Part shown: positions 10,468-20,966 of the stretch, piece by piece | Position numbering within the stretch: position 1 is the stretch's first letter | How the letters are laid out: the number at the start of each line of letters is the position of its first letter | Assembly (NCBI GenBank): GCA_963666285.1 | Contig: OY762711.1 | Reading direction: 5' to 3' (one strand) | DNA length: 64,000 nucleotides | DNA from: Sedimentisphaerales bacterium | Lineage (GTDB): Bacteria; Planctomycetota; Phycisphaerae; Sedimentisphaerales; SM23-30 | Notes under the pieces: model-generated | Seen by the model: only the letters and a program-made list of their open reading frames with translations | Databases searched by the model: none | What the model was told of the DNA's origin: nothing | Program-made: the position numbers and the translations under genes

Positions 10468-10640
10468 GTTGGTTCAGAGTGTCCGTTCGGTAAAGTACCC
10501 GTTGTAAGTTTATATGGAGTTGATAAAATCTGTTCTGGTTGATTGAATATACCAACACCCCAATTAGTACAGGATTATTTATGGAGAAATCAGGCAGATA
10601 AGGTAAGATATCTTTCGCACAATATTTATGGGGCTAATTA

Positions 10641-12459
10641 GAGCTTGTCCGCAAATTATGATTTTTGAATAGATAGTATTTTCGGCATGGTTTCCGGTGA
10701 TGTTTTTGGCTGTAATTACACAGGCAATGTGTATTTTGCTGGTGTACTTGACAGATTTGTCGGTTTCAGCGCGCAGTATTTCTATGGAATTATCAAATAG
10801 AATCCAGATTTAAGCCACTTTTCCCCGTTCTTTTTCCTGGGCAAGTTTTATTCTGGCCAGAACCCAGAGATTATGAGACAAGATACTTAATCCCATGTGG
10901 ACTTCACGGTTATCAAAACCCTTCTGTTTCATAGGCGAACCACAAAAACAATTACTCAAAATACTGATTCTTGCTTCTGTCTGACTGCGTCTTATTTGAG
11001 CCTGCCTGAAAGCATCTTCCTGAAGCCTTTCTGCCAGCAATGCCGGATCACATGGACAAACCGCATTGAATATGTCATTTTTCTTCATGTATTGGCGATT
11101 CTTTGCACTATCAAAACCACGGTCACCTGCCAGCAGATTGACTTTACAGCCAAGCTTATCCTTAATACGTTTATGACCAGACTCAAGCATTGTTTTATCG
11201 GCAGGTGTCTGATCGCGATAATACTTCCAGGCGACGATCAAACCGTCAGGTTGTTCTGCTAGATACAGCTTATTGCCAAACTCAGTCTCAGCTCCGGCTT
11301 TGCGGCGAACTATCACATTGACATCAGGTTCGTATATACTCAATATCTTATCTTTATTGTCAACCCTGCGGTTTCCGATTATGCGTTCATGAGCTTGTTT
11401 TACTGCATCAGCAAGTTTACTTATAACTCCGGTAATCTGTTTGATTATCTGCTGAACATTACCAAAGGTAATATCTGCCGTTTTCCAGTTGTTTTCCAGC
11501 TTTTCCAAGTGATTATTCGAATGTTTTGATACACATCTAACCAGACGTTTCATCTTCCTTAAAATATTCTTACGCTGCTTTTTAGCCCCTTTTATACGTT
11601 GAGCAAATGTCATTTCCATGCAAAGCTTATTCATCTTCGAGATAAATCCAGATGGCTCAAAGGGCATGCGACATAATATACCAGCTTTGCGAATACGAGC
11701 TACAGCTTTCATCAATGTACGAGTAGAATCTCTTAATAATAACCAATCTACCGGATAGTGTATGTTAGCGTCTATGCAGGTGCAGTCGAAATATGCCTGA
11801 CTAAAATCCAAAGGTTCCAATATAATTGAATCATTCTGTACCTCTGCAAATAGCATTCTTTCTACCTGGTCGATCAAATAAGGAGATATGGCATTTTCCA
11901 GATCATTTATACGAGTTTTACCGGGTATTCGAGGGACTTCAAAGCGATTTATGCCGCAAAACCATTGATAGAGGTCACTATGCGATAATGCCAAAGAAAA
12001 TTTACGTAAAGATAAGTTTAGACGCTTGCGAAGAATGGATATCCTCAATGCCATAATAGCTTCAATATGGATATTAAGACGATCGTAATGCGTTAACCTG
12101 ACAGCTTTGCCGGTACCAAAATATACTATGGTCTTTTCAACATAGGATCTATTGAGAAAATACTGGATGAATAAAGTCTCAATACCGCCGGCTTCAACTA
12201 TCCGATCAATGTCGATCAGGAACTAGCGTTCCTGACGATATTCAAAATTGCCAAATTCCAGTGGAATATCTTTGTCAAATAACTGCTGAACTGGTAAAAT
12301 CTCTAACATAGGTGTGGCTCCTTTTTTAAGGTAAAATGATTTGCAAGACCATTTTATAACACACCTATTTTACTCCTTTTTACCCAAAACGCACCATATA
12401 ATTCTAAAATTACAGCGTAACTATCTCAAAAAAATAAACTTACAACTACGGACAGACTC
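10641..12459 (-). mobile_element. Insertion sequence, IS5/ISNCY-like (1819 bp)
   Basis: Imperfect terminal inverted repeats GAGCTTGTCCGCAAA (from 10641) and TACGGACAGACTC (to 12459; reverse complement GAGTCTGTCCGTA), each flanked by TA (10639-40, 12460-61), enclosing a DDE transposase. Confidence 0.8.
10810..12309 (-). pseudogene. DDE transposase (IS5/ISNCY-like) with in-frame amber stop at codon 29
   Basis: AGGAG RBS then ATG at 12309 (MLEILPVQQLF...RQER*FLIDIDRIV...), in frame with ORF 10810-12054; TAG at 12225-12223. Motifs DCTCIDANIHYPVDWLLLRD, RRKAGAETEFGNK, GDRGFDS, RSQTEARI. Confidence 0.82.
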
Positions 12460-12486
12460 TAGGTAACCAGAAGAAATGACTTCAAA

Positions 12487-12908
12487 TTGAAACGGTTAGA
12501 GCAATCGACCGGAAACGTTCAGGACTTGAAGTATGCCATAAAAACTGATGAAGCCAGAGTAAAGCATGAGCCAGGTGATTTGGTACGTACCACAGTTGAA
12601 GATACGTTAAACGCCATGCTTGATGCCGAGACAGACCAAACTTTAATGCGGCAAGATATGAGAGGAGCGAAGCTCGTAAAGATACCAGAGCTGGATTTTA
12701 CGACTGTAAGCTGCATACCAAAGCCGGTGAGGTCAATTTGAAGGTCCCCCCAAGTTGCGTGAGATCACATTCGAGACAGCCATAATTGAGCGTTATAAGC
12801 GTCGTGAATCATCCGTGGAAAAATCACTTATAGAAATAGTACTTGGCAGGTGTATTTGTCCGTAGAGTTGAAGATATTACCCAGGCATTATGGGGAACCA
12901 AAGTCTTA
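12487..12908 (+). pseudogene. IS256-family transposase remnant (frameshifted, truncated)
   Basis: Joining frames gives LVRTTVEDTLNAMLDAE / NAARYERSEARKDTRAGFYDCKLHTKAGEVNLKVP / KLREITFETAIIERYKRRESSVEKSLIE / YLAGVFVRRVEDITQALWGTKV, the typical IS256 N-terminal region, with about three frameshifts and no catalytic domain. Confidence 0.85.
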
Positions 12909-12984
12909 AGCCTGTCAAGATGAGTAAGTATGAATTGGTGGTGTAGAAATAATTTTCAGATATATCTAAAGAATTCAAGGAATG

Positions 12985-14463
12985 TCAGGCACTTACACGT
13001 GTTGTATATTGGTTGCTATTGTCAGATATATTGTGGAAAATATTATTTGTTACGGTTAAACCGGATTGATGTTTACTTGACATTTTGGTTTCTCCGGCGA
13101 TTAATTTTGTAAGATTATTAACCATTATGTTCACTTGTTCGGCTTGAGAAGACAGTTCTTCTGAAGCCGAAGCACCTTCTTCTGAGCTGGAAGCGTTTTC
13201 CTGGGTAACGTTATCAATATTGGCGATCGCTTCATTAATGTGCGAAATATTCATCGCCTGATTCTGGCAAGAAGTGTCAATTTCAGAAAGCAGACCAGCC
13301 ATCTTATTTATTATCGTAGATATGCCAACTAAACCCAGGTCAACATCTTTGCAGATTGATACACCTTCTTCGGCATTACATTTTGATTCGCTAAGCATTT
13401 CTGATGTATTTTTGGCTGCTTCAGCACATCTCATAGACAAGCTTCTAACTTCTTCGGCAACGACAGCAAATCCTTTGCCAGCCTCACCAGCTCTGGCTGC
13501 TTCAACAGCTGCATTTAAAGCAAGCAGGTTGGTCTGAAAGGCAATGCCATCAATGACAGTAATTATTTTTGAGATTTCTTCGGAAGATTGTTTTATTTTA
13601 TTTATTGCTATATTCATCTTTTCCATGGCATTGATGCTATTATTTGAAGCTATTGTTGCTTCGTTAGCAAAAGAGTTGGCAGTAGCGGTATTGTTGGCGT
13701 TATTGTTTATCATGCCTGTCATTTCATTTATGTTTGTATTTGATTCTTCAAGACATGCCGCTTGTTCACTTGCCCCCTGAGCCAGGTTTTGAGATGAAAT
13801 AGATATTTGGGTAGATGCTTGTGAAATCTGCACAATACTTTCCTGGATATTGATAACGGAATTGAGAAGCTTTCTTAAAATTATTCGCCGCACGTAGATT
13901 ATGATGCCTGCATAAAAAATCAGCGAGAAAACACATACAGCAATTAGCATTATTTTAATATGTTCCATAGCTTTAGTTGCTATCCGGTCATATTTTTCAG
14001 TTATTTCAGAGCATTTATTATGGAAATTTCTGGCATTTGTTACAAGTATAGAACTTAACGGATTATCCGAGGTAAAAGAATCTTTGCCTGACTTTGTAAT
14101 TTCAAGAAATGTTTTTTCATAATTACGACAATAATCCGACAACTCTTGAAAGTAATTTGAATTTGCCGAATCCAGGTTTTCGTCAATGGTAGAGTGAATT
14201 TTGTTAATACAGTCCTGCCATTTTTCTACAGCATTTTTTGTGTCGTTTTGATAACGTTCAAACCCTCTTAGCTGAAAGTTCTTTTCCTGTCTACGCGCTT
14301 GCAGTAACAGTTCGTTTAGCTTTACAACGGTTTTGTAGTCATTGTAATTATCTTTATTGGTTGTAAATTTGTTAATAGATAAGAATGTTGAAGAAATAGA
14401 TACTACTGCCATAAGAATCATAATCATTGTTAGATTACTGATCATGCTGTTTTTTGAAACCAT
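12985..14463 (-). CDS. Methyl-accepting chemotaxis protein
   Basis: Two TMs flank a helical sensor ([11 protein letters not shown]); signalling hairpin [47 protein letters not shown]. Confidence 0.95.
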   Translation of the reverse strand: MVSKNSMISNLTMIMILMAVVSISSTFLSINKFTTNKDNYNDYKTVVKLNELLLQARRQEKNFQLRGFERYQNDTKNAVEKWQDCINKIHSTIDENLDSANSNYFQELSDYCRNYEKTFLEITKSGKDSFTSDNPLSSILVTNARNFHNKCSEITEKYDRIATKAMEHIKIMLIAVCVFSLIFYAGIIIYVRRIILRKLLNSVINIQESIVQISQASTQISISSQNLAQGASEQAACLEESNTNINEMTGMINNNANNTATANSFANEATIASNNSINAMEKMNIAINKIKQSSEEISKIITVIDGIAFQTNLLALNAAVEAARAGEAGKGFAVVAEEVRSLSMRCAEAAKNTSEMLSESKCNAEEGVSICKDVDLGLVGISTIINKMAGLLSEIDTSCQNQAMNISHINEAIANIDNVTQENASSSEEGASASEELSSQAEQVNIMVNNLTKLIAGETKMSSKHQSGLTVTNNIFHNISDNSNQYTTRVSA

Positions 14464-14735
14464 ATTGCACTCCCATTTTTATATTAAAGAGTTAATTTTT
14501 GACCTTCAAATATATCGTTTTTTGAGGGAGGATTATATTAATAAAATATTTGTTCAGTTTTAATAATATGGTTGTAACATGTTTTATTTTAAGTATTTGA
14601 ATAAAGTAAAATAATGTATATGATGATATTTCTTTATCGATTAAATAACAATTATAAGACTATATTAAAAAATGATATAAGGCGATACAGGTGAAATAGG
14701 GGATGGAGTCCTGTAATTTATTTTCCAGGAAGAAA

Positions 14736-16043
14736 TTATTTACCGATGAAATAATGGCTATTTTGTCCCATGGGAGTAACACCCATCAAGGCAGTTACTG
14801 GCGTTGAGGCATATGCCGGGTTGGTAATAACCAACTCACCTGATGAATTAACTGAAAATTCAGGAGTACCTAAACCAGCCTGGTTAAAATTCCTGGAATT
14901 GCATAAAATGGAGACTGTACCATTTTGGCCATAACCGTTATGTGATATATGAAGTAAATATCGGTAGTCATAGAAATCAGCAGTTAAAATGACGGTAACC
15001 AAAGATCCTAGCATATTGGTTTTGCTTTCAGTAATTGCAGTAGTTTCTGAGTTAAGCTTTCTGGTTACAGAAAATGGGCATCTGGAAAGATTTATGCCGC
15101 CAGCTTCGTTGGTAGCAGACCATTGATTAAGTTGAAAATTACCGAATGTGAAGTCGGCATCCCAGCTGATAACATTTCCATGGTGGTTGACGGGAACGGA
15201 TGTGCCGGCAATTACCGGCTTGCTGTCTGTGTTGAAAATTTCAAGAGTAATTGCCCCGTGGGTGGTAATCTTACTGCCGGGAGATACATTGGCTTCTATA
15301 ATATTTATTTTTTCACGAGTCCAAATCTGGAAATCCATAGGTGCGTTATATACATACAGCAATTCATTTGGGTCGCCGGTACCAATCTTAATGGCAGGGC
15401 TAAGAACACCATCGATGTTATTGATAGTGCAGCCTTTAATTCCGGAACCATGAAATGAGGCATCGCCAGCGCCTTTATTATAATAGATAGCTGTTTCTAC
15501 GATAAAATCGCAATCCTGGGCCACGGAATATTCGGTAAAAGTGCCAGGGGCTATATCGTTGGAATAAATAATTCCATATTTAAGATGTGAAAATTTACAA
15601 TCTCTGATTCTAACACCGCAGGTACCTCTGATTTCTATTCCATATTCTTCGTTGTTTCCCTTTATGGTAAATGAAGTAATCTCAGAGGCATTACAAGCTC
15701 CGCTGCCGCCATAAGTTTTGAATACTGGCTGACCGGCCGGTATGCCGGAAATGTCAATGATTGTCTGAGAGGCATTCTCTCCAACAATATTAACCATCGA
15801 AAAAGAATCATTTAAGTTTGGCAGGGGAGAAGATATGAAGTATGTTCCGCAGGGGATAAACATGGTTTTATAGCCATTGCTTTTACAATATTCGATTGTT
15901 GATTTAAAGGCTTCCGTATCATCTAAAGCATCAGATCCATTAGCTCCATGCGTTATAACATTTGTATTATGATCGGAAAAATCCGGATAGCAGGCCATTG
16001 CCATTGACGTACAAAATAAAACTGCAACAATCCATTGTTTCAT
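14736..16043 (-). CDS. Secreted pectin-lyase-fold (parallel beta-helix) protein
   Basis: Signal peptide MKQWIVAVLFCTSMAMAC with GGAG RBS before ATG 16043 (alternative start 16055); N-cap NVITHGANGSDALDDTEAFKSTI...MFIPCGTYFIS typical of Pectate_lyase_3/tailspike beta-helices. Confidence 0.75.
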   Translation of the reverse strand: MKQWIVAVLFCTSMAMACYPDFSDHNTNVITHGANGSDALDDTEAFKSTIEYCKSNGYKTMFIPCGTYFISSPLPNLNDSFSMVNIVGENASQTIIDISGIPAGQPVFKTYGGSGACNASEITSFTIKGNNEEYGIEIRGTCGVRIRDCKFSHLKYGIIYSNDIAPGTFTEYSVAQDCDFIVETAIYYNKGAGDASFHGSGIKGCTINNIDGVLSPAIKIGTGDPNELLYVYNAPMDFQIWTREKINIIEANVSPGSKITTHGAITLEIFNTDSKPVIAGTSVPVNHHGNVISWDADFTFGNFQLNQWSATNEAGGINLSRCPFSVTRKLNSETTAITESKTNMLGSLVTVILTADFYDYRYLLHISHNGYGQNGTVSILCNSRNFNQAGLGTPEFSVNSSGELVITNPAYASTPVTALMGVTPMGQNSHYFIGK

Positions 16044-16133
16044 AAAAAACTCCATGTTTCTTTAAGTATTATTTGCCTGTAGGTGTGTGGTTTATGCTTT
16101 ACCTTACATTAAGTTAGCACTGTGCTCGATTTG

Positions 16134-17963
16134 CTACTTTTTGTCTTTGCCTCCACCCAGCAGGTTTTTAAGTCCGTTACCCAGGTCATCTGTTTTGATG
16201 ATGTCTTTTAGTTCCCCGGGTATCTTGTCGCCCAGGTTCTTTTCCAGTTGTTTATCGACTTCTTCGGCGAGTCTGGCTTTACCAGCTTGTTCGAGTTTGT
16301 CTTTGAAGGTTTTATTGAGTGATTCACTGTCAAATACTATTTTAGGGTCAGTTACAGGTCCGACAATCTGCATTGTCAGGTCCAGGTTATTCATAACTTT
16401 CAGTACCTCGGCAGATGTTTTTTGGTCGAGTCCAAACAGTCCCTTTCCGCCAGCATTGGCCTGCAGGTCTTTTATGTTAATTTTTAGCGACAGGTCAATA
16501 CGATTATCTGTTAATTGCCCTTCGATAGTACCTGAGGCCTTGCCGCTGCTGAACTGCATGGCATTGCCGCTGTTCATGGCAGACTGCATCAGGCCCATGT
16601 CAATTCCGTCAAACATTCCACTGATTTTACCAGGTTCTTCGTTTGCCTCGAAATGCCAGATGAGATTGACGTGGGCACCGCCACTCTGTGACTGAATGTC
16701 AATTTCAACCGGCAATCCGGCAGCCGCTGGTGCGTTACTGACATTAGCGACCGTAATTGTACTGAGCCCGAACTGGTCGATGGCCAGTTCCACTTTGTCG
16801 GCAATAATTTTCTTAGCCAGCATTTTGACGGTGGGTGACCGGTCTGATACTGCGGTCAGGTAGTCCAGGTATTTATGCGGAACTGCCGGTTCTTCCTCAT
16901 TCTTTTCTGATTGCGGGATCCAGTTGCGGATTTTATCGATCCATTCTTTGATCTTTTTGGCATTGGTAAAGTATTTATCGAGAGTGCCAAGATCGACATT
17001 GTCGATGTTCGAATCGGTTTGCTCAGACTGCTCAGATGTAGTTTGCTCCGTTTTTTCAATTACCTGACCTGGTGTTTCCCGTTTCTGATCGAACTTCACA
17101 TCTGAGACCAGAACCTCATCCATTACCAGTCGACCAACTGACAGGTCGTAGACATTGGCTTTTGCGGCAATCTGGGCAATCTGAACTTTGTTCTGTGATG
17201 GGATTTCCCTGTCTGTCATTCCAATGGCGGAGATCGATACCTTTCCAGAAGCTGGTGAAAGGCTTAACGACTCAATGTCTACGGTTGCTCCGTTGATAGA
17301 TGTTAAGGTGTTGGAAGCCATATTGCTAATCAACGAATCTTTCGCAAATATGGTAAGAGCGATAAAGATCGCGAGAATAAGAACGGCCAGGGCGGCACCG
17401 GCCTTTCTCAAGTATACTGTTTTGGCTTCGAGTGCGGTTTTGGCATCTTTTGCCCGTTTGCCGATCAGGATCCTGTCCATTATTTTTACATATCGTTTTG
17501 ATTGCCACTGGGCGAATTTTTCTGAACCATTTTCAAGCTTAAACCAGGTTTTTCGGAAACCAAGTATCATATATCCGACGATTAGACCGAAGATAATTCC
17601 ACAGACAGGCCCGATTATTATGGACCCGGCTACTGCAGGTCGATTAAAATTGGTTAATCCAATAATCGGGATTGAGCCCAGGGTTTGAAGCATCCAGGCC
17701 ATATGGTCCTGTATATAAAGTCCTGCATGGTAGAGAGCTGGCGCTGCGGCCAAACATAATGTTTTGCCCAACCCGGCGAAAAGCAAAAACAGACCCACCG
17801 GTACATTTAGCAGTACAAGGGCGATTAAAATTACGGCATGGATACCTGAAAATCCGGGAATAAGTCCGAACCAGAACCCCAATCCAACAGCAATACCGGC
17901 CAGTACCGGTGATATTTGTCCGCGGAATAAGGCTACCAGTTTGCGAATTTTCTTCAAAGACAT
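16134..17963 (-). CDS. Fused TIGR03546-like membrane domain + TIGR03545/AsmA-like beta-rich domain
   Basis: N-terminal KLVALFRGQISP..AVGLGFWFGLIP and TNFNRPAVAGS; then a TM and NGATVDIESLSLSPASG, followed by a beta-rich C-terminus ending in an amphipathic helix. AGGAG RBS. Confidence 0.65.
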   Translation of the reverse strand: MSLKKIRKLVALFRGQISPVLAGIAVGLGFWFGLIPGFSGIHAVILIALVLLNVPVGLFLLFAGLGKTLCLAAAPALYHAGLYIQDHMAWMLQTLGSIPIIGLTNFNRPAVAGSIIIGPVCGIIFGLIVGYMILGFRKTWFKLENGSEKFAQWQSKRYVKIMDRILIGKRAKDAKTALEAKTVYLRKAGAALAVLILAIFIALTIFAKDSLISNMASNTLTSINGATVDIESLSLSPASGKVSISAIGMTDREIPSQNKVQIAQIAAKANVYDLSVGRLVMDEVLVSDVKFDQKRETPGQVIEKTEQTTSEQSEQTDSNIDNVDLGTLDKYFTNAKKIKEWIDKIRNWIPQSEKNEEEPAVPHKYLDYLTAVSDRSPTVKMLAKKIIADKVELAIDQFGLSTITVANVSNAPAAAGLPVEIDIQSQSGGAHVNLIWHFEANEEPGKISGMFDGIDMGLMQSAMNSGNAMQFSSGKASGTIEGQLTDNRIDLSLKINIKDLQANAGGKGLFGLDQKTSAEVLKVMNNLDLTMQIVGPVTDPKIVFDSESLNKTFKDKLEQAGKARLAEEVDKQLEKNLGDKIPGELKDIIKTDDLGNGLKNLLGGGKDKK

Positions 17964-18221
17964 ACGATTTCTCCTGTTTATAATTGTCTGTGTAGTTTCT
18001 ATTTAAAAGAACGTCAAACATAGACAGGAGTATATACGCCTGGCATTTTCTGTTTAGACGCTCAAATTTTTACTTTACGGATCTCCTCGCTACAGAGGTA
18101 ACTATATAATTTTACATCCTTTACTGCTATGTGATCAAGAAAAAACTATTCTAAGCCGGTGTTCTTCTGTTCTTTCTGCAGACAAAGCATCATGTTTTCA
18201 TGTCAAAGCCAATATATGATG

Positions 18222-20429
18222 TCATTTTAGTTTTACGTTCATTTCTTTGAGCAGATTGTCTGCATGGTCGACGTTTTTCATGAACCAGAGTATATATCTG
18301 ATGTCGGCATGTATTGATCTGGTGATTTTTGGCATATATATCATGTCGCTTGCAAGAGATTCAGCGGTACCGTCAAAAAGCAGTCCGACCAGCTCACCTT
18401 TTCGGTTGAGTGTAGCCGAACCGGAATTACCTCCGGTGGTGTCTACATCTGACAGGAAGTTGACTGGTATGTCACCAACCTGTTTAGAATAAAAAGGTGA
18501 CTCGGGGCTGGTATTTTTAGCAGCCTCAACGAGTTCTTTAGGAGCGTTAAATGGTTTTATGCCGGTGTTTTTTTTGAGGACGCCGGATAAAGTTGTGAAC
18601 GGTTTATATAGTTCTGCATCAGGATATGGTTTGTAGCCTTTAACAGTCCCATATGTTATACGAAGTGAGCCATTGGCGTCAGGTGACATTGGAGTGCCGT
18701 GAAAGGTCTGCATTGCTTCGATATATTGGGGTTTTAGCAGTATCATTTCTGCCTGATATATTTTATCGGCATCTTCAAGTGATTTTGTAAATGGCCTGAT
18801 TCGTAGAACAAGCTGAATTGCCGGGTCAGTTGACTGGCGAAGCTGTTGTGTCTTAGCGGTATTGAATAAATCAACTCGCGTATTTATATTGTCCACAGTA
18901 AGATTATCGTTGAATAGATTGTCAACAAAAGAGTCAATTTTTGAGGAGTCGTTGGCTATTTCACTATTGAATAGACTAAGTATTGGTTTGCCCCGGTCGT
19001 CCGGCAACTCTGCAATTTTATTAAGATAATAGGTTAGAATTGCTTTGTCGATAATTGGATCGTATGAGGTTTGTGCCCGCTGGAGAGATTGTATAGTACG
19101 AGTCCAGTTACGCTGCTGGTAAGAAGGATCTCTCTCGGAGTCTGGTTTTGGACGTTCTTCGGCCATACTTACAATAGTATGGGCTGAGTTAATTACAGAT
19201 ACTGAATGAACCAGCCCAAAGATTAGCGAGTTGGCATAGGCAGTTTGCTGTCGCTGGATCTGTAGTGCCGCAATTTCGTTAATGGTATTACCCCATTTAT
19301 TTTTTCGGGAATAATCTTCGTTTAGCCAGGCGATCAATTGCTGTTGTTTGTTAATTTTCCTTTTCAGCAGGTCGTTACTTTCAAAGTTTTCCTGAAGAGA
19401 TTCTAGGTATTTAAGTGAGTTCAGGATTCCTTTAATCGACGGCGTAACCTTGATATTAAGCTCTTCGCTTTGTTTGGCTAGTTTATCATATATCTCGTGT
19501 TTTTCAGTGAGTATTTGAATAGCATTGGGGTTATTCTCCAGATATGCGAATTCTACCTGTTCGGCGGTCCACCATCTCTGAGTTCTGCCCGGATATCCTG
19601 CTACCATGACAAAATCATTTTCTATTAATGGTTCGGTTGCAATATGGAGATAATGTTTTGGCTTGTATGGTACGTTTTGTGGAGAGTATTCGGCGACAGA
19701 GCCATTGGGGGCAACGTAAGCTCGATAGAATGCTACATCGCCGGTATGTCTGGGCCAGTTCCAGTTGTCAATATCTCCACCGTAGCATCCGATAGCAAGC
19801 GGTGGAGCGTAGACCAGTCGAATATCCTTAAGTTCTAGTTTTTTTATCAGGTAATAGGATTGCCCTTCAAAGAAATTCTGTACAGAGCAGCGTATTCCAT
19901 TTTCAGGTTCTTCATTTTCAGCAACCAGTTTTTTAATCCTGTCTTCTATCGTATTGTATCGAGTCAGGGGATCTTCTATCCGGTCAATATCTTTTCTGAC
20001 GATTTTGGTTACATCAACTATTTCCTGAGTGACAGAAACTTTTTTACCGGTTTCAGCGGGCAGCTCTTCAGATTTATTTTTAGCCAGGAACCCATATTCG
20101 TATATGTTGCAATCCGGTGTGGAATGTGTTTGTAATGAACGGTAAACGCAGTGATGGTTAGTAATAATAAGGCCTTCCGGGGAAACAAAAGAAGCGCTGC
20201 ACCCCATACCAACAATTGCTCCTAGAGGATGGGCTAGTGGATTGGTAAGTGATTCTGGGTTTTGGACTCCAAGTGATCGGAGTATTTTTTGCTGATCGTT
20301 CAGCTGCTGTGGCATCCACATGCCGCCCGGGTTCTCGAACTCCATGCGAGCCTGCCGGGAGTTATCGTGGCAGCCAGTGGAAAGCGTTATCATTAGGGAT
20401 AAGATTATCACAAGAACTTTGTTTTTCAT
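18222..20429 (-). CDS. S46-family dipeptidyl peptidase (DPP7/DAP BII-like), probable lipoprotein
   Basis: GGMWMP, CSASFVSPEGLIITNHHC, DNWNWPRHTGD, GYPGRT, DTTGGNSGS, GLLFDG; lipobox-like LSTGC. Confidence 0.93.
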   Translation of the reverse strand: MKNKVLVIILSLMITLSTGCHDNSRQARMEFENPGGMWMPQQLNDQQKILRSLGVQNPESLTNPLAHPLGAIVGMGCSASFVSPEGLIITNHHCVYRSLQTHSTPDCNIYEYGFLAKNKSEELPAETGKKVSVTQEIVDVTKIVRKDIDRIEDPLTRYNTIEDRIKKLVAENEEPENGIRCSVQNFFEGQSYYLIKKLELKDIRLVYAPPLAIGCYGGDIDNWNWPRHTGDVAFYRAYVAPNGSVAEYSPQNVPYKPKHYLHIATEPLIENDFVMVAGYPGRTQRWWTAEQVEFAYLENNPNAIQILTEKHEIYDKLAKQSEELNIKVTPSIKGILNSLKYLESLQENFESNDLLKRKINKQQQLIAWLNEDYSRKNKWGNTINEIAALQIQRQQTAYANSLIFGLVHSVSVINSAHTIVSMAEERPKPDSERDPSYQQRNWTRTIQSLQRAQTSYDPIIDKAILTYYLNKIAELPDDRGKPILSLFNSEIANDSSKIDSFVDNLFNDNLTVDNINTRVDLFNTAKTQQLRQSTDPAIQLVLRIRPFTKSLEDADKIYQAEMILLKPQYIEAMQTFHGTPMSPDANGSLRITYGTVKGYKPYPDAELYKPFTTLSGVLKKNTGIKPFNAPKELVEAAKNTSPESPFYSKQVGDIPVNFLSDVDTTGGNSGSATLNRKGELVGLLFDGTAESLASDMIYMPKITRSIHADIRYILWFMKNVDHADNLLKEMNVKLK

Positions 20430-20491
20430 AATTAAGCTCCAATTATCGTAATGCCGTTAGCGAATTCATCATCTTCATGCCGAAAATATTG

Positions 20492-20520
20492 AGAATATGC
20501 CATAGGTAAAGAAAAGTCAA
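20492..20520 (-). promoter_or_regulatory. Putative sigma70 promoter of the S46 peptidase gene
   Basis: Minus strand TTGACT-N17-TATTCT, ~60 nt upstream of the ATG. Confidence 0.45.
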
Positions 20521-20818
20521 TAGCTTAGTTCAGGTTATATGTGTTTGTGAACGTGATGGTTATGGCCAAGAAGTAAATATAGCGGCTTTTTGAGTGAAAT
20601 TCGTAGCGATATTTGTTTTCGATTATAAAATACTGAGTAATAATCGTTTAATGATGTTGAAGCGGCTTTAATTGTAAATATCTGTTTATTAATATGGCAT
20701 TCAGATGTTCGCAAAAATGGTACCAGCTACTGTATCGGCAGTGTTAAGTGAAATTCTGTAAATGTTGCATTAAATACTTACGCAAATATTGTCATAGCAA
20801 AAAATGATTGTTTTTCTG

Positions 20819-20847
20819 TTGACATGCAGTAGTAATACTGTTATAAG
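20819..20847 (+). promoter_or_regulatory. Putative sigma70 promoter with palindromic operator-like spacer
   Basis: TTGACA-N17-TATAAG with extended TG; the spacer contains the inverted repeat CAGTA-gtaa-TACTG. Confidence 0.65.
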
Positions 20848-20966
20848 AATACTATAAGGCGTTCTTTTTTGAGATGTAATCAGGCGTTCTTTCTTTTTGT
20901 TTTGTGTTCTAAATTAATTTCGTTTGTGCAACTAAAATTTTACTTTCATGAATAAGGAGAAGTATT

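Noticed and set aside
10478..10490. GAGTGTCCG resembling the IS terminal repeat
   Set aside because: Short gapped match with no partner repeat or TA flank; could be chance.
10810..12054. 414-aa transposase as a complete gene, as given by the ORF track
   Set aside because: The frame extends to an RBS-preceded ATG at 12309 across one TAG, so the track start is an artefact of that stop.
12930..13112. 60-aa plus-strand ORF after the IS256 remnant
   Set aside because: Not transposase-like and overlaps the MCP 3' end on the opposite strand.
14511..14540. Possible sigma28 promoter for the MCP (AACGATAT)
   Set aside because: The -10 match is partial and there is no TAAA at the correct spacing; too weak to call.
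16087..17688. Plus-strand ORFs of 202 and 166 aa
   Set aside because: Antisense shadows of 16134-17963 with Ser/Leu/Phe-rich composition typical of reverse frames.
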